64,000 bases of DNA, taken from positions 8,993-72,992 of the forward strand of contig JBOGKM010000029.1 of assembly GCA_050747745.1 (NCBI GenBank). Direction: 5' to 3'. The notes beneath the pieces are model-generated. The model saw only the letters and a list, made by a program, of their open reading frames with translations. It searched no databases and was not told the DNA's origin. The stretch comes from Terriglobales bacterium. GTDB lineage: Bacteria > Acidobacteriota > Terriglobia > Terriglobales > SCQP01. Position 1 is the first letter of the stretch, and the number at the start of each line of letters is the position of its first letter. Positions 57,124-64,000 of the stretch are shown in pieces. Position numbers and translations under genes: made by a program.

Positions 57124-57984
57124 CTAACGGGTGCGTTCCAGCAGGCAGACGGCCGACCAGGGGCGGTTGCCTTTGCCAGGGTGGGACTGCGGCAGCCATG
57201 CCGCCAGCGTCAGCGGCCAACTGAGCCGATGGTGGCCGAGTGCAGCACGCAAGAGCGTATGGACTTCAGTGGCATGCCAACCGCAGGGTTGGAAGAATTT
57301 GGTGCCTTCGGCTGGCGCGAAGCGGAACGGTGTGCCCGCTTGCGCGACCGCAGTGCCCATTTTTCTGTTCATCATGCGCAGTAGGCCGGGACTGCCGAAA
57401 TCCAACGCCCAGGCTTGGAAGCTGGCGGGAGTGGCGAGATCGCGAGCCAGCGCGGCCACCGTCGCGGGCATGAAATAAATCAGCAGGCCTTCAGTGATGA
57501 CCAACACGCGCCGGGCTTGGTCACCCAGGCGCGCGAACAGAGCCTGCCGTGCCGCTGGGTCGGCCAGGTCGGTGGCTTGGCGCTGCAGTTGGCAATGCGG
57601 CTCAGCCTCGCGCAGGATGGAGGCCTTGTACTCCAGCATGGGCGCCAGATCCACCTCGACCCAGCGCAATTGGGGCGGCAGCGGCAAACGATAGGGGCGG
57701 GTATCAAGACCGGCGGCAAGATTGATTACCATGTCGGCGCCGGAGGCGATCTGCTGCTCGATGATGCGATCCAACAAAACGGTGCGCGCGGTGAATGACC
57801 AGAGATTGCGGCTGGCAAAGGTTTCCTCTGCGGCGATGCGGGCGCCGCGCTCGCCCGCCAGTCTGCGTGCATAAGGATCATGGAACAGCGCATCGGGGCG
57901 CTCGCTCTCCTGGGCACGGTAGAGGGCGACCCAGAGTGCGGTGTCGCTGACGTTGCGGATGGCCGGTTCTTCAAGACTGGCCAT
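57124..57984 (-). CDS. Class I SAM-dependent methyltransferase (leucine carboxyl methyltransferase/TcmP-like family)
   Basis: 'VSDTALWVALYRAQES.RPDALFHDPYA', 'VINLAAGLDTRPYRL', 'WVEVDLAPMLEYK' and 'LVITEGLLIYF' follow the LCMT-family motif order. Confidence 0.85.
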   Translation of the reverse strand: MASLEEPAIRNVSDTALWVALYRAQESERPDALFHDPYARRLAGERGARIAAEETFASRNLWSFTARTVLLDRIIEQQIASGADMVINLAAGLDTRPYRLPLPPQLRWVEVDLAPMLEYKASILREAEPHCQLQRQATDLADPAARQALFARLGDQARRVLVITEGLLIYFMPATVAALARDLATPASFQAWALDFGSPGLLRMMNRKMGTAVAQAGTPFRFAPAEGTKFFQPCGWHATEVHTLLRAALGHHRLSWPLTLAAWLPQSHPGKGNRPWSAVCLLERTR

Positions 57985-58603
57985 AAATCGGTATGACGGC
58001 GCCGTTTACGTCGGCGGCTTCCGGGCTGGTCAGCCAATGGATCAGCGCCGCGATCGAGGATGGTTGCACCCAGGCCTGGAAATTCGCGCGCGGCATCGCG
58101 GCGCGATTGGCGGGCGTATCAATAACGCTGGGCAGGACGACGGTGCAGGTTGCGGCGCGGGAGGCGATTTCAAGGGCCAGGGTCCGTGCCAGCGCCACCA
58201 CGCCCGCCTTGGACGCGTTGTAGGCGGCCAAGTTGGCTGCCGGGACCACGGCGTTGCGCGAGCCCACCAGCACGATGCGGCCGCCGGGTTGAGCCAGCAG
58301 CGCGGGTACGGCGGCGCGAGTCATGTAAAAGGCCGCGTCCAGGTTCAGCGCCATCATGCGGCGCCAGGTGGCGTCGTCGGTATCGGCAACGCTGGTGCCG
58401 CCGGCAAAGCCGCCCACCAGATGAATGAGTGCATGCAGCGGGCGCCCGGCCGCGGCCACCACACGTGCGGCTTCGTCTGGACGGGTCAGGTCATATTCCG
58501 GATGCGACACCGCCAGCACGTGATCGGCGGCGAAAGCGGCCACCACGGCGGACCCCAGGCCACCCGAAGCTCCAGTGATCAGAATGTTTCGCAGCGGCGG
58601 CAT
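57971..58603 (-). CDS. SDR-family oxidoreductase (short, ~210 aa)
   Basis: 'ILITGASGGLGSAV' and 'YNASKAG' (YxxxK). Its 3' end overlaps the methyltransferase start by 14 nt, suggesting an operon. Confidence 0.85.
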   Translation of the reverse strand: MPPLRNILITGASGGLGSAVVAAFAADHVLAVSHPEYDLTRPDEAARVVAAAGRPLHALIHLVGGFAGGTSVADTDDATWRRMMALNLDAAFYMTRAAVPALLAQPGGRIVLVGSRNAVVPAANLAAYNASKAGVVALARTLALEIASRAATCTVVLPSVIDTPANRAAMPRANFQAWVQPSSIAALIHWLTSPEAADVNGAVIPIYGQS

Positions 58604-58627
58604 CGCGGCTATTATGGCCTGAGAAGG

Positions 58628-59545
58628 ATGCTACGGAAGACTAACCCAATTATAGCGGCTTGGCTGCTGGGATTGTTGGCGCTGGCGGGGATGGCACAAG
58701 CACCGGCCAAGGTGCGCCTGGTGGCCACCTACACCCCGGATTCCTGGCTGATTTATTCGGCCACCATTCACACGACCATCACTACCCACACCAGCCAAAA
58801 CGCCAATTGGAATGCAAGGCTGGATACCAAGGCTGAGATCCGACTGCACGTGCTGTCAGGCGCCACGCCTAACAACTTTCAGATGGAGGCGCGCTTCACC
58901 AGCTACAAAACCACCGTCACGGCGCAAAATCCCAACCAGCAGGCGCAGTTACAGCAACAGTCGGCCGCCTCGGATCAGGCCGCCACTGGCATGAAGCCGG
59001 CGCGATTTCAGGTGAGCAACGGCCACTTCACCATCCTGTTCCGCCAGCCAGGCGGCGCCTACGATCAGGCGGTGGACATGTTGAGCGAGCTGGCACGCAC
59101 CGACGAGCTACCCGCCGGACCGGTGGCCGTGGGTGCTACCTGGACCCGGCAACGGACGCGTGGCATTCCGGAAACCTCGCTCTCGATGCCGCTTACCCTG
59201 CATTGCACGCTTACCGCGCTCAGCAGCGGGCACGGTCAACGCACGGCCACGATTGGCGTGCAGAGCAGCTCGGGCATCAATCTTCCGCCCGGTTCGCTGC
59301 CTGACTCGCAGCAACTGGCGCGCGAAGGGCTGGTTCCCATGGGCAAGTTCAGCTTCACCACCACCACCATGGCCCAGTTCCGGACGGCGGACGCGGTGCT
59401 GCTGGATACCAGCAGCCAAACGCACAGCACCATGCATCTCGACTTCATCGGGCCGAGCCCGAAGGCGGAGACATCGGATTCGCAAATTCACTCCACCGGC
59501 GAAGTTAAGCTCGTAAAAATCCTGACGGTGCCGGGAAAGCGCTAA
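58628..59545 (+). CDS. Hypothetical secreted protein (305 aa)
   Basis: ATG 58628 is preceded by GAGAAGG. Signal peptide 'IIAAWLLGLLALAGMAQA'. Gln/Thr-rich. The upstream 229 codons of the track ORF are antisense to the SDR/MTase genes. Confidence 0.6.
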   Translation: MLRKTNPIIAAWLLGLLALAGMAQAPAKVRLVATYTPDSWLIYSATIHTTITTHTSQNANWNARLDTKAEIRLHVLSGATPNNFQMEARFTSYKTTVTAQNPNQQAQLQQQSAASDQAATGMKPARFQVSNGHFTILFRQPGGAYDQAVDMLSELARTDELPAGPVAVGATWTRQRTRGIPETSLSMPLTLHCTLTALSSGHGQRTATIGVQSSSGINLPPGSLPDSQQLAREGLVPMGKFSFTTTTMAQFRTADAVLLDTSSQTHSTMHLDFIGPSPKAETSDSQIHSTGEVKLVKILTVPGKR

Positions 59546-62500
59546 TTAGTTATTACCTGTACGGTAGCGGTTTGCGAGAGGGTTTGGGTTGAGCCCGGAG
59601 GCGCGACCGTGGCCGTAATCGTGACCGTGCTGGTCTGTGCGGGCGGGCCGTTGTTGCTGCTGCTGCCGCCGCAGGCGGCACTGGCCAGCGCCAACAGCAC
59701 CAGTGCTGCCCATACGGGCATGCGGCGCTGGGCGCGCGCGCCCACAGCCGTCAAGGATGCGGCTGCGAGTAGGAATAACCAAAGCACCGGACCGTTGCCG
59801 CCGACAACGGGAACCGAGGCCGCGGCGCCGCCGGCAGCGATGGTGAGCGTCGTGGTGGAACCATTGCTGATCGCGACCGGCCCCGAGGGTACCTGGCAGG
59901 TGTAGCCGGCAGGCAAGCCCGCGCAGCTCAGCGTGGCGTTGAGCTGCAGGCCATAGGAGACGCCGAAGCGCAACGTGACCGGAGCTTGATTGTTGTCGGC
60001 CGAGGTGAGCGTGACCGAGGCGGGCAAGGCGGTGAGGTTGAAGTCTCCGTTGTTGGCAAGTGCCAGCTGCTCGGACCAGGTTGAGGCGGCGCCGGTGGCC
60101 GTAACGGTGAGGGGAATATTGGACGAGGCAGCCAGGGCCGACAAGCCGCTTACGGTGAGAGTCGTATCGCCTCCACCGGGCGCGGAGTTGGCTGGTGAGA
60201 AGCCGCACTGCACGGCGGCGGTGCTGGAGCAGCTCCAGGTGACCGGGCCGGCAAAGCCATCCGCGAAGGTGGGAGTGAGAATGATCGTCGCCGCGTCAAT
60301 TCCGGGTGCGACCACCGGCAGCGCGGGATTGGCGGCGAAGGAGAAACCGGCAGGTGCCAGCGTGGGAATGCTCCAGGCACCGCGGCCATGCGTACCCGCC
60401 GTCACTACCGGCGACGCGTCCTGGGTGCGCGTGAGCGCCAGGCTCAGCACGGCGGCGGCGGGCAGGTTGTCGCCCAGCAGCGACCATTGCTCGCCTGCCA
60501 CGCCGCCATCGGTAGTCACGAACACGCCCACGTCGGTGGCGACATAAATGTCGTTGGGTGCATCCGGATCAATCACAATGGCATTGATGGGCGTGCCCGG
60601 CAGATTGCCGGAGATATTGATGGCGGTGGCGCCGCCATCGGTGCTTTTGAACAAAGCCGCGTTCGGACCGACGAACCCCAGCCCCCAGTAGACGATCTGC
60701 GGACTGACCGGGCTGACGGCAATGGCGCCCACCGGACCGGCGAAGGTGGCTGCTCCCGGCTGCACCTCCGTCCAGGAGGGCATAGCCAGCGTGTTAGTCG
60801 CGTCCTGGCTCACGCTGAGCGAGCCGTCGTAAGCGCCGACATACAGCACATTGGGCGCCTGCGGAGCCGCGGCCAGAGCGGTGAGGTCGTCCTGAGAATC
60901 ATCCATGGCGCCGACGAGATGGATGATATCGCTGCTGATGGGATTCCAGCCTGATCCGGGTGCACCCGGATCCGCCGGACCGCGCCAAACCCGCTGCGTG
61001 AGCAGATAAACGGTAGACGGATCTGAGGGCGCGAGGATAAAGGGAATGTAAAACTCGCCAATGTCGGTGATGGTGCTGCCATTAACGACCGGATTCCAGG
61101 TGAGGCCTGAGTTGTCCGAGCGCTGCAGCGAGATGCCGTAGTCTTCGGTAAAAAACTGGCCTGTCTGGCCAGGGTTGACCGCAGTATGGCCGCCATCGCC
61201 GCCGAGCAAGCTGCTCCAGATCGTCTCAGATCCAGAGCTGAGCAGGGCGGTGCCGTTGTCTTGGGAGCCACCCAGAACCGCTCCGTTCATGGCGGCATCG
61301 GTGCTGACGCTGTAGAACTGGATGGTGCCCAACGTGGCGTTCTTGTTCGTCCACGACAAACCTGCGTTGCTGGTATACCAGGCGCCGCCATCATTGGCGA
61401 TGACCCAGGAAGTGGCCGACAGACACCAGATGGCGTGTTCATCGGGATGGACGTAACCACCGGTGTAGGCGCGGGTGAGGTTGGTCCAGTTCATGCGGGA
61501 TGAGCCGGCTGTACCCGACCAAACGTCAATGCCGCCGATGACGAGCTGATTGGAATTGGGCGGCGCGGCGATGAACTGGTCATAGCTGCCCTGGGAATTG
61601 CTGCCGTACAGGTTCGGGGGCGCGGGCAGTGAGAGTGGCCGCCAGGACTGGCCGGCGTTGGTGGATTCTACCAGGCCACTGCACCCGCTGCAATCGTAGG
61701 AGCCGGTTTGCTTGCCGTCACTATCGGTGATGAGGGCAAACAGCGTGGTTCCGCGCAGCGCCAGGGAGGTGCGATAAAAATTTTGCGAACTGGTGGGCAC
61801 GGAAAACGGCGAAGGCAGTGCGGTCCAGCTCTGGCCCTGATCGCTGGAAGAGAAAAACCCCTGGCCGCGAAGAGCGGCGTAATAGCTACCGTTGGCGGGA
61901 TCGTAAAGAATGTCAGTGCCGGAGGCGGCAGTGCCGCCGGCGGCAGGAAAGACTTGCGTCCAAGTGGCGCCGCCATCCGCGGAGCGCACGATGCCGATGG
62001 CAGGCGCCGAAACGACGAAATCGTTGTTGACGTAAACTCCACCTTCCGTTACCGCCGCCAGCAGCACCTGCGGATCAGTGGGATCAATCAACAGGCGAGA
62101 AATGGCGCTACCCAGAAAATTTACGCCGGTGCCCTGAGTCCAGGTCTGGCCGCCATCGATAGACTTGAAAATGCCGTCACCGTAGTAGCTGTCCTGGCTG
62201 AGATTGGGCTCACCCGTGCCCACATAAATGGTCGTGGGCGAAGTGGAGTCGTCGAGGGCAATGCTGCCGATGGCCAGGCTGGGAAGGTTGTCGCCGATGG
62301 GCGTGAAGGTGGGGTCGGGCAAGAGGGCATCGGTGGACATCCACAGTCCGCCATCGGCCGCGCCCAGATACAGCGTGTTGCCGCTGGGATCCTTGCCCGT
62401 ATCCACGGCGATGGCGGTGAGGCGGCCGGCCACGTCGCCATAGTTAGGATCGGTCTCCGGACGCGGTCCGAGCTCGCTCCAATTGCCGCTCAGCGAGGAT

Positions 62501-62772
62501 GGGCCGGACGCGCCGATGGATTCGAGCTGGCGCCGCAGCGGCTCGGGGTGCAGTACCGGGAAGCGCAGCGCGCGCTCATACGCCTGGAAGCGGTGCGCGG
62601 CGGGCGAGAGCGCATCCCGCGATTGGCGGAAGCGCATGAACCAGTCAGCGCGCGCCAAGGGGTGGTCACCCTCTGGATACGGATTCGGCTTACGCGCTGC
62701 CTGGGTCAGTGCCAGCGCGGTAACCAGACCCAGCGCGACCACCACCATCGCACCGCCGAGTCCCTTGTTCAT
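59542..62772 (-). CDS. Secreted BNR/Asp-box beta-propeller protein with C-terminal Ig-like region and an unusual TM plus lipobox-like tail
   Basis: N-terminal anchor 'AMVVVALGLVTALAL'. Asp-boxes 'SIDGGQTWTQ', 'SADGGATWTQ', 'SSDQGQSWTA', 'STNAGQSWRP', 'TSNAGLSWTN' and 'STDGGATA'. C-terminal '..PVLWLFLLAAASLTAVGARAQRRMPVWAALVLLALASAACGGSSSNN..'. Confidence 0.8.
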   Translation of the reverse strand: MNKGLGGAMVVVALGLVTALALTQAARKPNPYPEGDHPLARADWFMRFRQSRDALSPAAHRFQAYERALRFPVLHPEPLRRQLESIGASGPSSLSGNWSELGPRPETDPNYGDVAGRLTAIAVDTGKDPSGNTLYLGAADGGLWMSTDALLPDPTFTPIGDNLPSLAIGSIALDDSTSPTTIYVGTGEPNLSQDSYYGDGIFKSIDGGQTWTQGTGVNFLGSAISRLLIDPTDPQVLLAAVTEGGVYVNNDFVVSAPAIGIVRSADGGATWTQVFPAAGGTAASGTDILYDPANGSYYAALRGQGFFSSSDQGQSWTALPSPFSVPTSSQNFYRTSLALRGTTLFALITDSDGKQTGSYDCSGCSGLVESTNAGQSWRPLSLPAPPNLYGSNSQGSYDQFIAAPPNSNQLVIGGIDVWSGTAGSSRMNWTNLTRAYTGGYVHPDEHAIWCLSATSWVIANDGGAWYTSNAGLSWTNKNATLGTIQFYSVSTDAAMNGAVLGGSQDNGTALLSSGSETIWSSLLGGDGGHTAVNPGQTGQFFTEDYGISLQRSDNSGLTWNPVVNGSTITDIGEFYIPFILAPSDPSTVYLLTQRVWRGPADPGAPGSGWNPISSDIIHLVGAMDDSQDDLTALAAAPQAPNVLYVGAYDGSLSVSQDATNTLAMPSWTEVQPGAATFAGPVGAIAVSPVSPQIVYWGLGFVGPNAALFKSTDGGATAINISGNLPGTPINAIVIDPDAPNDIYVATDVGVFVTTDGGVAGEQWSLLGDNLPAAAVLSLALTRTQDASPVVTAGTHGRGAWSIPTLAPAGFSFAANPALPVVAPGIDAATIILTPTFADGFAGPVTWSCSSTAAVQCGFSPANSAPGGGDTTLTVSGLSALAASSNIPLTVTATGAASTWSEQLALANNGDFNLTALPASVTLTSADNNQAPVTLRFGVSYGLQLNATLSCAGLPAGYTCQVPSGPVAISNGSTTTLTIAAGGAAASVPVVGGNGPVLWLFLLAAASLTAVGARAQRRMPVWAALVLLALASAACGGSSSNNGPPAQTSTVTITATVAPPGSTQTLSQTATVQVITN

Positions 62773-62793
62773 TGCGTATCGAGTATAGCGGCC

Positions 62794-64000
62794 TCAGTAG
62801 CCATAAAACGGCCCGATATAGGTATTTCCTCCAGAGCTGGCCTGCGTGCCGTTCAGTCCAATGGCGATGGTTCGCCCAAAGAAAAATGCCAGTCCGAAAT
62901 CAAAATTGTCGGGATTGGGCCCGGCCAGATTGTTGAAGACCCAATTGCCGCCGTCGAACAAGTTCTGCGCGTTGGCCACGCTCCAGGTCGCGGTGGCGCT
63001 GACGCTGCCGTCGGCGGAGATGTTGGTTGCGGTGTAGTGCACCGTTGCCCCCGGACAGTAAAAGCCATCATTAGGCTGGGCGCATAGAGGCATGTTGCCC
63101 AGGGTTTGCGAATCCAGGAAAAAAATGGCGTTGGAGCCGGAATCGAACACGGATTCCTGGTAGAGCTTGTCGTCAAATTCGGTTTCGAAACCCCCGTATT
63201 CATCAGCTCCCAACACGGTTTCGCCGACCAGACTGTTGTTGCTTTCGGTGCCTATACCGAAGACCAAATACCCGTTCACGCTGGGCGCACCAAGGCTGAG
63301 CACGGCAGGCACCTCGATCAGCTCGCCGTTATTGTCGGCCGAAAACAAAGCGACCGGGTTCTGCACCTCGCCTGCAATCGGGATCAGTGCCTGGGTGCAG
63401 CCGGAACTAGGACAGGAGTAATATTCGGACTCGCTTGCGGTCCCACCCTCGTCGGAACTGCATTGCGGGCCGCAATCGTAACGGAATACGCTGATGCCGA
63501 GAATGCCGTTGGCGCCCAGATCGGTCTGAGTGTCGTTCTCCACCAAGGAGCCGCCAGCACTACACGAGCTGGGCGCGCTGGGGGATGTCGCCTGATCCTG
63601 AATTACCTGGATGGGCACGCTCGACGCGGTCTCTCCGCCGATTTTCACGTCGGCAGTGGCGACCGAGCCCCAGGTATAGCTGGACACGTACTGGGCGCAT
63701 TCGTATAACGGATTGCCGCCGGGAGCATTGCTGGCCGGCAGCGGCAGGTTGGCCAACTGGGAGTCGAGCAGTCGTAGGCCATACGAGCCGCTGTCGACCA
63801 AAACGTTGTTGATCGTTGTGCAATTGGTGGTGCCTGGTACGCACACGGTTACGGTGGTGAACAAACCGTTGGTGTAGTCCTGGGTAACGCCCTCATTGGC
63901 GACCACGGGAACTACGTTGGGACCAGAGGGCGTGCTGGGATTGCCGGTAGCGCCGCCTCCGCTACTGCTGTTGCTGCTGCCGCCACAGGCAGCCAAAGGC
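62794..64000 (-). CDS. Lipoprotein with pepsin-like bilobal aspartic-protease signature (DUF3443-like); 5' end (signal peptide) lies outside the window
   Basis: The frame is open to the window edge. 'LAACGGSS' lipobox lies at the edge. Two 'hydrophobic-D-S-G-S' motifs ('VLVDSGSYGLRLL' at ~63793-63795 and 'SVFDSGSNAIFFL' at ~63142-63144) are 217 residues apart. Many Cys pairs. Confidence 0.7.
   Translation of the reverse strand, partial: PLAACGGSSNSSSGGGATGNPSTPSGPNVVPVVANEGVTQDYTNGLFTTVTVCVPGTTNCTTINNVLVDSGSYGLRLLDSQLANLPLPASNAPGGNPLYECAQYVSSYTWGSVATADVKIGGETASSVPIQVIQDQATSPSAPSSCSAGGSLVENDTQTDLGANGILGISVFRYDCGPQCSSDEGGTASESEYYSCPSSGCTQALIPIAGEVQNPVALFSADNNGELIEVPAVLSLGAPSVNGYLVFGIGTESNNSLVGETVLGADEYGGFETEFDDKLYQESVFDSGSNAIFFLDSQTLGNMPLCAQPNDGFYCPGATVHYTATNISADGSVSATATWSVANAQNLFDGGNWVFNNLAGPNPDNFDFGLAFFFGRTIAIGLNGTQASSGGNTYIGPFYGY

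Noticed and set aside
1-64000. Window-wide look for CRISPR arrays, rRNA, IS elements/transposases, prophage or toxin-antitoxin/defence gene pairs
   Set aside because: No regularly spaced direct repeats, no rRNA-like conserved stretches and no DDE/serine/tyrosine recombinase-like ORFs were seen. No recognisable defence-system proteins were seen either. The repeats present are protein-domain repeats inside large surface-protein genes.

Overview
This is a high-GC bacterial chromosomal segment. Gene content and protein architectures suggest an Acidobacteriota-like soil bacterium, which is inference only: Ser/Thr kinases fused to TolB-like propellers, BNR/sortilin-like and LVIVD/Ig surface proteins, and frequent GTG/TTG starts. 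All calls come from reading the ORF translations and the DNA by eye. No homology search or RNA folding was run. I support about 53 protein genes and one tRNA-Leu(CAG). I found no rRNA, CRISPR array, transposase or integrase. The backbone is housekeeping: folP, rpsA, rarA, a trmH-family gene, queA, thiL, lptD, mltG, hfq-hflX, hemY, lipA, mfd, a CDF transporter and gyrA. Many long ORFs in the track are antisense shadow ORFs typical of high-GC DNA and were rejected. Main second-look items follow. (1) A compact bacterial-microcompartment operon at 18121-20692 encodes a class II aldolase, one BMC-H, three tandem BMC-P paralogs and a translationally coupled MBL-fold hydrolase. No aldehyde dehydrogenase, phosphotransacylase or BMC-T occurs anywhere in the window, and the operon sits among housekeeping genes. 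(2) A B12-binding-domain radical SAM gene has its annotated TGA stop (2084-2086) followed in frame by AEP... and a perfect 7-bp hairpin. Read through, it gives the 'C-U-A-E-P' tail of the CUAEP/CCAEP-tail radical SAM selenoprotein family. (3) A heme-c (CXXCH) domain is fused to a PHM/DBH-like bicopper monooxygenase fold that keeps every copper-ligand motif. It is co-operonic with a GY-repeat/TrbI-like/glycine-zipper protein. (4) The remaining items are a FolP-GNAT fusion, a probable 3' frameshift in a kinase gene, an odd C-terminal TM-plus-lipobox module in a BNR protein, and a pepsin-like two-DSG lipoprotein.
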